A DNA stretch of 64,000 bases from Roseibacillus sp. (GTDB lineage Bacteria; Verrucomicrobiota; Verrucomicrobiia; Verrucomicrobiales; Akkermansiaceae), in the NCBI GenBank assembly GCA_051251855.1, contig JBPOGI010000003.1, forward strand, positions 480,001 to 544,000, read 5' to 3'. Positions 49,714 to 59,456 of the stretch are shown here, piece after piece. The notes beneath the pieces are model-generated. The model worked only from the letters and a program-made list of their open reading frames with translations. It was not told where the DNA came from and did not search any database. A program made the position numbers and the translations under genes. The first letter of the stretch is position 1, and the number at the start of each line of letters is the position of its first letter.

Positions 49714-51515
49714 TCGTCCTTGGCGAGCCGAGGGTCCTTGGGTGGCTTTTGATCGAGAAGCTTTGAAGTTTTCGTGGCGAGGTCGTAGAATTCGGTCTGA
49801 ATCGCTTTGTAGGTGTTGAAGAAGAGTGACTGGTTGAAAGAGTCGCTGCTATACTCTTCATTATCGTAGCGCTCTTTTGCGCGGGCAAGAGTGCGGACGC
49901 GATTGGCGAGGTCGAGGGCGCTATCGTACATCTCCCGGTCACCCATGGCGATGTAGCGGGCGAGAGGGTCGAGGTTGGCCCGGCATGTCTCATGAATCTC
50001 TTCCAAAGTGGACGCATTGAGGCCGCGTGAACTTGAATAGGGAATGTTGGAGAGAGGCATGAGGGATGACTGGATGATGGCTGCAAGCGCCTTTGTAGAG
50101 TGATTTTGGGGGTAGCTTCCAGAGCCGCGCATTTTCAAGAGAGTTGCAGAGAGATGGCGGGGCTCGATTTCCTGAACCTCTGTAAGTCGAGTGAGGACGT
50201 GGGGGTTTGAGACAAAGACGGAGGTGGATTTTTCTGCGCCAACGCGGCGGATTTCTTGAAATTTGGTGATGGCTTGGGTGGTGTTCTCGGGGGTCGTGTT
50301 TTCGAAGGAAAGCTCCAAGGCCTCTTCTAAAGTGGCCACTTGAAAGATATCAAAATCGAAGAAGAAGTCTTCATTTTGCTGGGTGAGAAAGGAGATGAGG
50401 AGCGGGGTCATCTGGGGGGCGATAAGGAGGCGCCTTGGTTCGTCGCTTGTGCTCGCGAGTAAGATTTCTAGAAATTGCCAAGGGAGCTTGGGGGCTTCGA
50501 TGGTGCCGTTTCTAGTCAGTTTTCCAAGGACCACCAAGTTGTCGAGGGGCTTTCGTTCGCTGAGAAGTCCCTCCATGAGAATTGCCATTGGAAAGGCGAG
50601 GGTGTGGCCGTTCGTGTCGAGGTAGTTTTGTTTGCCGAGAACAAATTTTCCCGAGACTCCAGCCACGATTTCGGAGTCATGGTTATTGCGAAGATTGCTT
50701 TCGGCGATGGAGAGCGATTCAGGAAGGGTCTTGGAGTATTTGTTGAGAGGGAGTTTGACGTTATGGGAACCTTCTTTGAGTTTTCCTTCGAAGAGGAGTG
50801 CTCGAACTTGAGGACGAATTTTACCTCCTGCGCTTTCTGCTTCGCGAAGAATGACGGGGACCATCACTGAGTCTTCGAAGTCGGCGACCTTTTTAAAGGG
50901 CTTTTCTTCTGGCTCTTCGGGGATGTCGTTACTTCCTCCAGCCAAGGAATTTTCCTCATTCATCTCATTTTCTTCGACTGAGGGGAGAGGTTCAGGTTGT
51001 TTCACAAAGCTGGCAGCAGGTGCGACTGCCCGACGCCAGCGGGGGGATTCTTCTGCGCTAGGGCGGGCGCTCATGATGCCGAGCTCGGGCGTTATGGTTG
51101 CCAGGGGGTCGAGTAGCATTTGGGCGACGGCAAAATGTTCCTTTTGATCGGGATCTTCCAAGAGAAAGAGAACCGTGCGGGAGATGTTCTCGAGAGGTTC
51201 CGTGTAATCTACAACGGGAACTAGGTAGTCCTCGGGAAGATCGGCAAAGATCTTGGCGGTATTGAGGGGGGCTTTGGACTTGGGAGCTAGATTGGAGGCA
51301 AGAGCGAGGAGCTGAGCTGTGGCTCTGCTTTCGGCTGGATCTTTGAGGGCGGTGGGCCGGTTGGCGAGGGTGACGAGATCTTTAGCGAGCAACTCCTGCC
51401 GGTTGGCATCGAGCTTGAGGGCGTCGCGCCGAAAGAGAAGGATGTCTTCTGCAGGAGGAACAAAGCAAGCGAGCACGGCGCTCGTCGTTGCAAGCAGTAG
51501 GAAGAGGATCTTCAT
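49710..51515 (-). CDS. Exported hypothetical protein with a degenerate Lon/S16 C-terminal-like domain
   Basis: Signal peptide or lipobox (VLAC); NGHTLAFPMAI..VVLGKLTRNGTI..DIFQVATLEEAL parallels the Lon_C sequence pattern. Confidence 0.6.
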   Translation of the reverse strand: MKILFLLLATTSAVLACFVPPAEDILLFRRDALKLDANRQELLAKDLVTLANRPTALKDPAESRATAQLLALASNLAPKSKAPLNTAKIFADLPEDYLVPVVDYTEPLENISRTVLFLLEDPDQKEHFAVAQMLLDPLATITPELGIMSARPSAEESPRWRRAVAPAASFVKQPEPLPSVEENEMNEENSLAGGSNDIPEEPEEKPFKKVADFEDSVMVPVILREAESAGGKIRPQVRALLFEGKLKEGSHNVKLPLNKYSKTLPESLSIAESNLRNNHDSEIVAGVSGKFVLGKQNYLDTNGHTLAFPMAILMEGLLSERKPLDNLVVLGKLTRNGTIEAPKLPWQFLEILLASTSDEPRRLLIAPQMTPLLISFLTQQNEDFFFDFDIFQVATLEEALELSFENTTPENTTQAITKFQEIRRVGAEKSTSVFVSNPHVLTRLTEVQEIEPRHLSATLLKMRGSGSYPQNHSTKALAAIIQSSLMPLSNIPYSSSRGLNASTLEEIHETCRANLDPLARYIAMGDREMYDSALDLANRVRTLARAKERYDNEEYSSDSFNQSLFFNTYKAIQTEFYDLATKTSKLLDQKPPKDPRLAKDD

Positions 51516-51640
51516 CAGAAGTGGTTGGAATAGCAGAAATTGGCCTGATCGACAATCGAGGATGGCGGCAGCTCCGACTCCTTTACGGGAGGAAAGAGAG
51601 AGGATTGGTCATTTCTTGAAAAGTTTCTTAAGAGATCGGT

Positions 51641-52045
51641 ATGGCAGACGAAAGGGAGACCCAATACCAGTGTGAGACGGAGGAGGAAGTGATGTTCTAC
51701 GATACCGATTGTGGGGGAGTAGTTCACAATCTCGCCTACCTGCGCATGGTGGAGAAATGTCGCACTCACTTGGCGGCTCAGATGGGTTTCGAGCTGCGGG
51801 CGATGGGGGAAACGGGGATCTTTCCGGTGGTAGTGAGAACGGAGGCGGACTATCGCAAGCCAGCGCGCTTGGCCGATGTTTTGCAGATTCGAGGCTGGTT
51901 AGCGGAGTGGAGTAAGGCGCGCTTTTGGTGTGAGTTTGAGGTGACGCGAGGTGAGGACTTGATTTTGACGGCGCGACAGTCTTTGGCGTTGGTGAAAATG
52001 CCGGAAGGTAAAATTCAGCGATTGGGGGAGTTGCCTAAAAAATAG
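51641..52045 (+). CDS. Acyl-CoA thioesterase (YbgC/FadM hot-dog family)
   Basis: DTDCGGVVHNLAYLRMVE..YRKPAR. Confidence 0.88.
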   Translation: MADERETQYQCETEEEVMFYDTDCGGVVHNLAYLRMVEKCRTHLAAQMGFELRAMGETGIFPVVVRTEADYRKPARLADVLQIRGWLAEWSKARFWCEFEVTRGEDLILTARQSLALVKMPEGKIQRLGELPKK

Positions 52046-52090
52046 TGGGTCTTGTTTGCAATAAGAGAGCTTCGGTGGCGTAATACCCCC

Positions 52091-54547
52091 ATGCGGCTCT
52101 TTGCGATATTTCTCTCTTTCCTGCCTTTTTTTGCTCACGGACAAGAATCGATTGAAGGGAAGGTTTCACCCCAGAAAGAGGTAGCTACTTTGTTGGATGG
52201 TTTTGTCTTGGAGCATATCGTTGATGTTCCTAAAGCTTACGGGAGTTGGGTCGCGCTTGCGAGCTTACCTGAAGTGGACGGGAAGACTCAGTTGGCGGCC
52301 GCTGATCAGTATGGTGACATCTATCGAATCACCTTAGAAGGCGATGCAGTGGAGGTGACTCCATTTGGAGTCGCTTTAAAGGGAGCGCATGGACTGCTTT
52401 GGTTTCAGGATTCGCTCTATGTGGTTGTCGGAGAAGCGGTGGGGAATGAGCGTGGGGTTTATCGCGCTCGCGATTTAGATGATGATGGCAAGTTCGAGAA
52501 AGTGGATGTGCTTCGCAAGTTCGAATCAGGGGGGGAGCATGGGGTGCATTCTTTGGTGCCATCGCCTGATGGGGAGTGGCTCTACATGGTGCTGGGAAAC
52601 TACACCAAGGATTCGAAACCAGAGAACACCCTGGTTCCTCTCGTCTGGGATGAGGATCAGCTTTTGCCGCGTAACCCTGATGGCCGCGGACACGCGAGCG
52701 ATAAGTTTGCGCCGGGAGGGCGGGTTTTGCGGTGTCGGCCTGATGGCACTGAGTGGACTTATGTGAGCACTGGTTATCGGAATCCTTTCGACGGGGCTTT
52801 CAATGAGGATGGTGAGTTCTTCGTCTATGATGCAGACATGGAGTGGGATATGGGCATGCCATGGTATCGCCCAACACGGCTCTGCTGGGCGATGGAGGGT
52901 TCGGAATTTGGCTGGCGCAATGGCACCGGAAAATGGCCAGAATACTACGAAGATAGTTTGCCCGGGGTGACTGATTTCGGACCAGGAAGCCCGGTTGGGG
53001 TGGTGAGTGGAAGAGGAGCTCAATTTCCAGAGAAGTATCAACGGGCCATCTACTGCCTCGATTGGACTTTTGCCACCATCTATGCCGTGCACCTAGACCG
53101 AGATGGAAATGGTTATAAGGGTGAGTGGGACGAGCTTCTCACCGCGACACAGGCGTTGCCTCTCACGGATGCGGTGATTGGAAGTGATGGTTTGTTTTAT
53201 TTCGCTACCGGAGGTCGTCGTGGGGAATCCAAGATGTGGCGGATTCGCTACCAAGGGGAAGAATCGACAGAGAATGCGTGGCGTGAGACTGAAAAGCCCA
53301 AGAACGAAGGAGACGATCGCTACTCGCGTTTTCAACGACGGGTTGAGGCTGAGTTGAAGGGCCCAGATGCGGTGCGCAAGCTGATTGGAAAAGGTTCGGA
53401 CTTAGAAAAAATGACTGCCGTGATGGGATTGGCTCGAGTGGGGAATGAGGGCGACCGGGCGATTGCAATTTCCGAACTCCTGACCATGAATTGGTCAGAA
53501 TTCGATAGGCAAGAGCAGCTCACTTGGTTGCGAGCTTTGGGACTGGTTTTCATTCGGATGGGGGAACCCAGCGAGGAAGAGCGGGAGCTTGTATTGGCCC
53601 TCATCGATTCCTCATTTCCTCATCAGGACCGCGACGTGGAAGACGAGCTTTGTCGCATGCTTTGCTATTTGCAGGCGCCCGAGATTGTGAGTCGAACCTT
53701 GGCGTTGCTTGCGAAGACTGAGGAAAATAAAGGAGATTCTAATTGGATGCGGTTAGTGGAGCGGGGACAGGACCGATATAATGGTAAAGTGGCTGAAGTT
53801 CTTCGGGAGCTTGGTTCTCCTCGCAAAATTCATTTGGCCTACTGCCTTCGGGTCGTGAAGGGGCCTTGGACGGAAGGACAGCGACGCCAGTTGATGGAGT
53901 GGTATTCTCGCGAGGAGAAGAGTAAGGCTCAGCAAAGTGCGCAGTTAGGTCTCGCTAAAATGCGTGATGATACTTTGGCGAATGCGACAGAAGAGGAGCG
54001 CTTGATGGTGGAGACTTGGGGATTGAAGGTGAAGCGAGATCCGTTTGCCAACCTTCCGAAAGCGAAAGGGCCTGCCCGAATCTGGACGGTAGAAGAAATT
54101 GCGGAGGTGGCCAAGGATTTGAAGGACGCGGACGTGGCGAACGGCAAGTTGATGTTTCGGGCGACGCTGTGTGCAGCGTGTCACCGCTTTGGAGCAGAGG
54201 GTGGAGCGGCGGGACCTGATTTGACCAATGTGAAAGGCCGTTTCACGGCAGAGGAACTGGCGATTGCTATCCTAGAGCCGAGCCGAGAAATCAGTGATCA
54301 GTATGAGTTCAAATACTTCCTCAAGCATGATGGTTCGACGGTTGTGGGCAAGGTGCTCGATGAGCGTGATGAGATTTTGGTCATTGCCACTAATCCTTTT
54401 AACTTTGCCGAGACGGTCGGGCTCTCGCGTGCGGACATTAAGGAGATCACATCTTCCCCTGTTTCCCCCATGCCGGGAGCGTTGGTGAATCAGCTCAACA
54501 AGGATGAGATGAAGGACTTGCTGGGCTATCTGTTAGGTGCCAAGTAG
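52091..54547 (+). CDS. PVC-type dehydrogenase-domain c-type heme-binding protein
   Basis: Signal peptide; GYRNPFD, DADMEWD propeller motifs; CAACH, GPDLT and SPMP cytochrome domain. Confidence 0.88.
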   Translation: MRLFAIFLSFLPFFAHGQESIEGKVSPQKEVATLLDGFVLEHIVDVPKAYGSWVALASLPEVDGKTQLAAADQYGDIYRITLEGDAVEVTPFGVALKGAHGLLWFQDSLYVVVGEAVGNERGVYRARDLDDDGKFEKVDVLRKFESGGEHGVHSLVPSPDGEWLYMVLGNYTKDSKPENTLVPLVWDEDQLLPRNPDGRGHASDKFAPGGRVLRCRPDGTEWTYVSTGYRNPFDGAFNEDGEFFVYDADMEWDMGMPWYRPTRLCWAMEGSEFGWRNGTGKWPEYYEDSLPGVTDFGPGSPVGVVSGRGAQFPEKYQRAIYCLDWTFATIYAVHLDRDGNGYKGEWDELLTATQALPLTDAVIGSDGLFYFATGGRRGESKMWRIRYQGEESTENAWRETEKPKNEGDDRYSRFQRRVEAELKGPDAVRKLIGKGSDLEKMTAVMGLARVGNEGDRAIAISELLTMNWSEFDRQEQLTWLRALGLVFIRMGEPSEEERELVLALIDSSFPHQDRDVEDELCRMLCYLQAPEIVSRTLALLAKTEENKGDSNWMRLVERGQDRYNGKVAEVLRELGSPRKIHLAYCLRVVKGPWTEGQRRQLMEWYSREEKSKAQQSAQLGLAKMRDDTLANATEEERLMVETWGLKVKRDPFANLPKAKGPARIWTVEEIAEVAKDLKDADVANGKLMFRATLCAACHRFGAEGGAAGPDLTNVKGRFTAEELAIAILEPSREISDQYEFKYFLKHDGSTVVGKVLDERDEILVIATNPFNFAETVGLSRADIKEITSSPVSPMPGALVNQLNKDEMKDLLGYLLGAK

Positions 54548-54559
54548 CTGAGGGTTGAG

Positions 54560-55492
54560 CTAATTTCTCGAAAAGATAAGTTGGGCGAAGTACTTGCTAC
54601 CAGCGGGGAGCTGGGTCCGAAAGGTTCCGAGAGAAGACTCCGTGGTTACAGCTGGAAACCATGAGGTGAGGTTCGTCGAATACCTGCCTAAGATTTGGAC
54701 GTCGTTCGTATCTGTTTGGGGCTGCCACTGGAGTTCTCTACTTTCTGCTAAAAAAGTAAAGCGGGCTCCAGGTTGATCAGGAAGGGAGGGGTTCATGCCG
54801 AATACGTATTCGGCAAGGTTCGGCCAGCGGTCGGCATCCGAGTCAGAGTTGTCTCCTGAAATCTCTGGAGTGGCGAGTTCGGTATCGTCGAATTGAGAAA
54901 CAAGCCAACCGTCAAAGCTGAGAGTATTTTTAGGGGCAAGTCGTAGTTCGGTGCCGATGTCGGTGCCTCGAATAATAGTGTCGATTTGGGAGGTGTTAAG
55001 GGTGGTCGAACCAAGGGCGGAGGGCATCTGCCAACTCGTCTCAGTTGAGCTGAAGATACCCCATTCGGTTGCTAGACTCGGATCTTGGTGGTTGAAGACC
55101 CAGATGACGAGTGGTGTCCCTGAAGGAAGGGAAGAGGTATTAGTGATTTGGCCAAAGACATGACCCACCGTGAATTGGTCGTTTACTTTGAGTATCGTTC
55201 CAGAGTTCCCATTCTGCACGACTTGACCTCCTCCTTGGGTGCCTTCGGCTAAAACGGTCCAGCGAGGAAGGAGGCGACTTTCTTCTGAGGAGTATTGGGC
55301 GATCTGCAAGCCAACCCCCGAGAGATCGACTTTACCGACTCTGATCGCGAATCCGGATAGGAGATTACCCTGAGAGTCTCGAAGAGGGGTTCCGCCGTTA
55401 CTGTTAATTGAGACGGTGGAGGAGGCAGCGAAAGTGCTTAGAGCAACTGTGAGAACAAGGGGCAGGTAGAAAGATTCAATTTGTCTCTTCAT
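54560..55492 (-). CDS. Secreted protein; paralogue of the 63188 PEP-CTERM passenger, with a verrucomicrobial-type C-terminal domain
   Basis: Shares RVG..LAEG..G.IT..WVFN..ATEW..S.....W.MP...GSTTL..DTI.RG with 63188-63838; tail DSDADRWPNLAEYVFGMNP..STNLTSW. Confidence 0.75.
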   Translation of the reverse strand: MKRQIESFYLPLVLTVALSTFAASSTVSINSNGGTPLRDSQGNLLSGFAIRVGKVDLSGVGLQIAQYSSEESRLLPRWTVLAEGTQGGGQVVQNGNSGTILKVNDQFTVGHVFGQITNTSSLPSGTPLVIWVFNHQDPSLATEWGIFSSTETSWQMPSALGSTTLNTSQIDTIIRGTDIGTELRLAPKNTLSFDGWLVSQFDDTELATPEISGDNSDSDADRWPNLAEYVFGMNPSLPDQPGARFTFLAESRELQWQPQTDTNDVQILGRYSTNLTSWFPAVTTESSLGTFRTQLPAGSKYFAQLIFSRN

Positions 55493-55548
55493 GCGAGCAA
55501 TCGGGGATGTTGGCTGCACACCCCGACATATCGCTGCCCAGAGATGGG

Positions 55549-56517
55549 CTAAGGTGCTGTCAGACTAGGGGCGGCAAGAGTGATAACCTTGTCCAAGTTG
55601 ACGCTAACTGCGAGCGCGCGACCAGCCTCTAGTGGGACATTGTCGGAAGTCTGGCCCATCCCATTGATGAAACTGTTAGTGCCAGGATTAGTTGCTCCTC
55701 CATCGGTGAGATAGGTGCCCAAGGTCATCAGGCTGCCATCTTGAAGGAAGATATTTGCCGAATCTGAAAAGACTGCGAAGTCATCCTTGAATCCTAGATC
55801 CCCAAGCGAGATAGAGGAGGGAAGGGGGTTGGAGGGGCCGATGAGGTTGACGGCTCCGGCATAGACGGGGACTCGAGTGGGAGTTGATTTTATGTGGGTG
55901 AATTGTCCATCAGCTCCGACGCTGAGGGAGCGATCGGTGCTTGAGTAGAAGACGAGTCCTTCACAAGGGAAGATTCTCTCTGCGCCTTTGTCAGCTCCCA
56001 TCACGTCAATCCAGGTGGCAGTGGCAGGATTCCAATAGAGATCAAGGCGGCTGCCGTCGGCGTTGAAGAGGGTGAGGGTGTCTTCTAAAGGGGCGAAGTC
56101 TGCACCGTCGGGAAAGAGGGTGGCTACTGTGAGATGCTCTCTCACGATAATGCGGTGGCTTCCCGTGAGTCCGTAGGCGATCGCGTCGCCTGCCAGTGTT
56201 ACTGAGCCAGCTTGGTTGTTTTCAATGTCGAAGGTGAGGCCGGCATTAGGGCCGTCTTGAAGCTCTAGGTAATGGTTGCTCAAGGAGGAGGGAAGAAGAC
56301 TCGTAGTGTTGAGTTCAACCAAAGTTGCGTCTTTATCAAACTCCACACTGATGGCGATTCCTGAAAAGTGTTCGACCGCAACAAAGGGAGGAACCCATGT
56401 TGAATTACCTTTAGGAATCTCAACGCTAATGCTTCCGACAGTCGAAGAAGTGGCAGCACTCAAAATTTTAGTTGAGAGAGATAGAAATGCAAAAAAACGA
56501 TAAATTACTGGTTTCAT
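55549..56517 (-). CDS. Exported protein, TIGR02597-like verrucomicrobial family
   Basis: Signal peptide; VGSISVEI..PPF, HYLELQDGPNAG, TVATLFP pattern recalled for this family (not searched). Confidence 0.55.
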   Translation of the reverse strand: MKPVIYRFFAFLSLSTKILSAATSSTVGSISVEIPKGNSTWVPPFVAVEHFSGIAISVEFDKDATLVELNTTSLLPSSLSNHYLELQDGPNAGLTFDIENNQAGSVTLAGDAIAYGLTGSHRIIVREHLTVATLFPDGADFAPLEDTLTLFNADGSRLDLYWNPATATWIDVMGADKGAERIFPCEGLVFYSSTDRSLSVGADGQFTHIKSTPTRVPVYAGAVNLIGPSNPLPSSISLGDLGFKDDFAVFSDSANIFLQDGSLMTLGTYLTDGGATNPGTNSFINGMGQTSDNVPLEAGRALAVSVNLDKVITLAAPSLTAP

Positions 56518-56730
56518 GATGACAGGGAATTATTGATTATAGGAGGGTTCTAGCTGATTTTGGTGGCAGCAGGTCAAGTTCTTATTCTCTCATAAAAGGC
56601 TCTAGATGAGAGATTTGTATCCGTCTTCAGGTGGGGCAATGCGTTGAACTCGCATGACACACTTTTATTTTAAAAACTTAATGCTGTCAAATATTAAAGT
56701 TGCCCGAAGTTTTGGTTGGTATGTAGTTGC

Positions 56731-56940
56731 ACCGCTTAGACGAAAGTTTGAGGTATTGGAAAGAAGGCCTGAAAGATGTCTTTCTTCACCAATGTTTCGA
56801 TTTTTCATCTGCACCAATCCCCTTCATTAGGTCGAAAGGCCGGAGCTACCGAGAAGGGGATCCGCTAGGAATGCTCCGGTCGAAATATTGCGAGTAACTA
56901 TTGAAGTCCCCTTCAACCGATTGCTCTCATCAGTGCAAAA
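56731..56940 (+). promoter_or_regulatory. Candidate structured 5' leader RNA of the PEP-CTERM gene
   Basis: Several GAAA-capped hairpins, a TGCAC/GTGCA closing stem and alternative pairings. Confidence 0.5.
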
Positions 56941-56945
56941 ATCAT

Positions 56946-57656
56946 ATGAAAAACAGAATATTCGCTACAACAGCCGCTCTTGTTACAGGAGCAGGTTTCC
57001 TCCATGGTCAGACTTGGATTGACCTTTCCAGCACCGAGCTAGGTAACCCTACCGAGGCTCAATTGATCGCTGGTCACACTACCACTCTGGTTTCCGCGCC
57101 GGACATCACAGTCACGGTTACTGCGACTTCAGATGGTTGGGAGCCTGGGACTTCTCCCAATATTACAACGACTGGTGCCCATACTAACCTGCTTATGGCC
57201 GGCGGTAGTTTTGGAACATACTCTTACACCTTTTCGGGAGCCAATTCTTGGAAGGTTATCGGTGTCGATTACCTCAATACGAACATTATGGTTGATAGCC
57301 TCAATGAGCGGACTACCAGTTCGGTAACGGGTGGCACGTGGACTTCGACGCAAGGAACCGAACTTGGTGATCCTAATTTGACATTCTCTGCCTTGGGTTC
57401 GAATACAATGATTTTTGATTCCATCAATGGCGTAACTGCAGGTTCCACTCCTGTTGCTCCTACTGACTTCGGTGCAATTGCGACCGGAAGCAATATTACT
57501 GCTTACTCGACCACCTATAATCGCGATACCACCACCGGACGCAGCACGCAGTCTTATCTTGCTGCGATTCAGGTCCAGCAAGTTGTCCCTGAGCCAAGCA
57601 GCGCCTTGCTTCTTGGTCTTGGTGGATTGGGCTTCCTTGCCCGCCGCCGTCGCTAG
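56946..57656 (+). CDS. Thr/Ser-rich PEP-CTERM protein
   Basis: Signal peptide; VPEPSSALLLGLGGLGFLARRRR. Confidence 0.92.
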   Translation: MKNRIFATTAALVTGAGFLHGQTWIDLSSTELGNPTEAQLIAGHTTTLVSAPDITVTVTATSDGWEPGTSPNITTTGAHTNLLMAGGSFGTYSYTFSGANSWKVIGVDYLNTNIMVDSLNERTTSSVTGGTWTSTQGTELGDPNLTFSALGSNTMIFDSINGVTAGSTPVAPTDFGAIATGSNITAYSTTYNRDTTTGRSTQSYLAAIQVQQVVPEPSSALLLGLGGLGFLARRRR

Positions 57657-57679
57657 GTCCGATTCTAATTATTCTTCTG

Positions 57680-57709
57680 AAAAGCCTGTCGGTTTCGACA
57701 GGCTTTTTT
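57680..57709 (+). terminator. Intrinsic terminator (possibly bidirectional)
   Basis: AAAAGCCTGTCG-GTTT-CGACAGGCTTTTTT. Confidence 0.9.
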
Positions 57710-57782
57710 GTGTATAGGTGCTGCGGTCAGAGTGACGGTATTGTCACACGGGAATTCTGAAAGAACGGAGAAGTCTCTCTCC

Positions 57783-57976
57783 CTTGGGAACAGCCACAGT
57801 TCTGTTTGGTGCAATTAATGGCGTATCTGCGGGTGTCTCTCCGTTCGCCTCCAGGTGCTTTAGAGCGCTGGCAACTGGTAGCGCAATTGCCGTGTGCTCG
57901 ACTCCCTACGAGTTGCCAAGGAACGCAGCCCGCAATGATACAATGCGGCAATTCAGGTTCAGCAGATATTCCTGAG
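57783..57976 (+). ncRNA. Candidate rod-shaped ncRNA (6S-like architecture)
   Basis: Seven nested helices found by hand across ~195 nt between convergent genes; G-U pairs favour the + strand. Confidence 0.4.
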
Positions 57977-57996
57977 CCAACAGGCCTCTGGATTCT

Positions 57997-59412
57997 TTAA
58001 AGGAGGAAGCCCAGTGGAGGAGTCGAAGAGGTTGGGCTGTAGAATTCTGAGATATTTGGAAGGATGGTCTCTAGATCTGAATTCGAAACGCCAAACCATT
58101 TAGCAAGCTCTGCGAAGTAGAGGTCACACGAAGTTGAGGGAAGGAGACGGCCGTTCGTGCCAATGTCCATTCCTGATGCGAGGCCGAGGGTGTCGGGATA
58201 TTGACCGTAGATGCGAGAACCCTTGACGGCGCCCCCTACCACGATCTGATTGCCTCCCCAAGCATGGTCGGTGCCTCGTCCGTTGGAGCGAATCGTTCGC
58301 GAAAATTCGGAACAGGTGAAGAGGGTGACTTGGTCTTCGAGTGACAGGTCGCTCATAGCGGTTTGGAATGAGCTGATGGCGTTGTCGAGCTCGGTGAGTC
58401 GCAGGGTCTGTGCTGCAAGGAGCTCATCGTGATGGTCGAACGAACCATAACCCACAAAGAAGATTTGGCGCTTGTGGCCGAGGGCGGGGCCAGCGGCAAT
58501 AGAGCGAGCTACCATAGCGAGATTTTGGGAGAGGGTGGTGGAATCGAAAGCAGTTGAGATATTGACCGATGAGGTGGCGGAAGCGAAGGAACTGTGGGTG
58601 TCGAAGCTGCGGCTTGATTCTTCGGCGTAGGCTCTTTCGAGGACCGTGCGATAGGTTTCTTCCATCATGGACTCGGTGGCTCCAACCCTGAGGCCATTGC
58701 TCCCGCCAAAACCACTCCCTGTGAGTCCCACAGAACCGTCCTTGGTAATGGAGTAGGGGAAAACGTTAGAACCCGTTTGCATGATGTTGTTGCCGTCGAG
58801 CGAGATACTCATGGGCACGGTGCCGTTAGGGTCATTCCTGATGTTCGTGGCGTCGGCCATGCGACCCGCCCAGCCTGAGAGCGCGCTAAGGGTTTGAGGA
58901 AGGGAGGTCTGCCACTCTGCTTGCTGGTTGTTGTGAGAGAAGAGGGCTTTGGGGAGTTCGAAGTTGCCACTCTTGTAGTCAACGGGAGTGGGGATGGGAA
59001 CGACGAGGGTGCCCACGTTGGCGACGAAGGCGGCTTCGCTAGTATTGAAAAGGCTTTGGAGCTTGGGCATCGCAGGATTGAGTCCGAAGGTCCGTCCTGG
59101 GGTATTAAGTGAGGTGAGGGGAAGCACGCCTCCGGTGTTGCCTGGGGACGGGAGGGCGAGATTGGAACGACTTGCAGCGTAGGCGGAATACTCGTCGGTG
59201 GTGGTTGGCACCAGCATGTTGAAGGAGTCGTTTCCTCCGAAGAGAAAGATGCAGACGAGGGCTTTGTGATCGTCGTCTCCGGCCCCACTTTGAGCCATCG
59301 CATTTCCGGTCATGCGAAGTTGAAGAAGAGTATTGAAGAGAGCGAGTGAGCTCATGGCTCCGCAGGTGCCCTTGCCGAGGAACATGCGGCGGCTGATGGT
59401 CGATTGCTTCAT
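57997..59412 (-). CDS. DUF1501 domain protein with Tat signal
   Basis: SRRMFL twin-arginine; KALVCIFLFGGNDS, LFSHNNQQ, SEFSRT, GTDHAWG. Confidence 0.9.
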   Translation of the reverse strand: MKQSTISRRMFLGKGTCGAMSSLALFNTLLQLRMTGNAMAQSGAGDDDHKALVCIFLFGGNDSFNMLVPTTTDEYSAYAASRSNLALPSPGNTGGVLPLTSLNTPGRTFGLNPAMPKLQSLFNTSEAAFVANVGTLVVPIPTPVDYKSGNFELPKALFSHNNQQAEWQTSLPQTLSALSGWAGRMADATNIRNDPNGTVPMSISLDGNNIMQTGSNVFPYSITKDGSVGLTGSGFGGSNGLRVGATESMMEETYRTVLERAYAEESSRSFDTHSSFASATSSVNISTAFDSTTLSQNLAMVARSIAAGPALGHKRQIFFVGYGSFDHHDELLAAQTLRLTELDNAISSFQTAMSDLSLEDQVTLFTCSEFSRTIRSNGRGTDHAWGGNQIVVGGAVKGSRIYGQYPDTLGLASGMDIGTNGRLLPSTSCDLYFAELAKWFGVSNSDLETILPNISEFYSPTSSTPPLGFLL

Positions 59413-59456
59413 AAAAAATGGGGTGCTGTTGGGGAAAATCTTTCTTACTGCCAAGT

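Noticed and set aside
57727..58000. Small ORFs of 63-74 aa in the convergent gap
   Set aside because: Non-ATG starts, no motifs and mutually overlapping; RNA structure explains the region better
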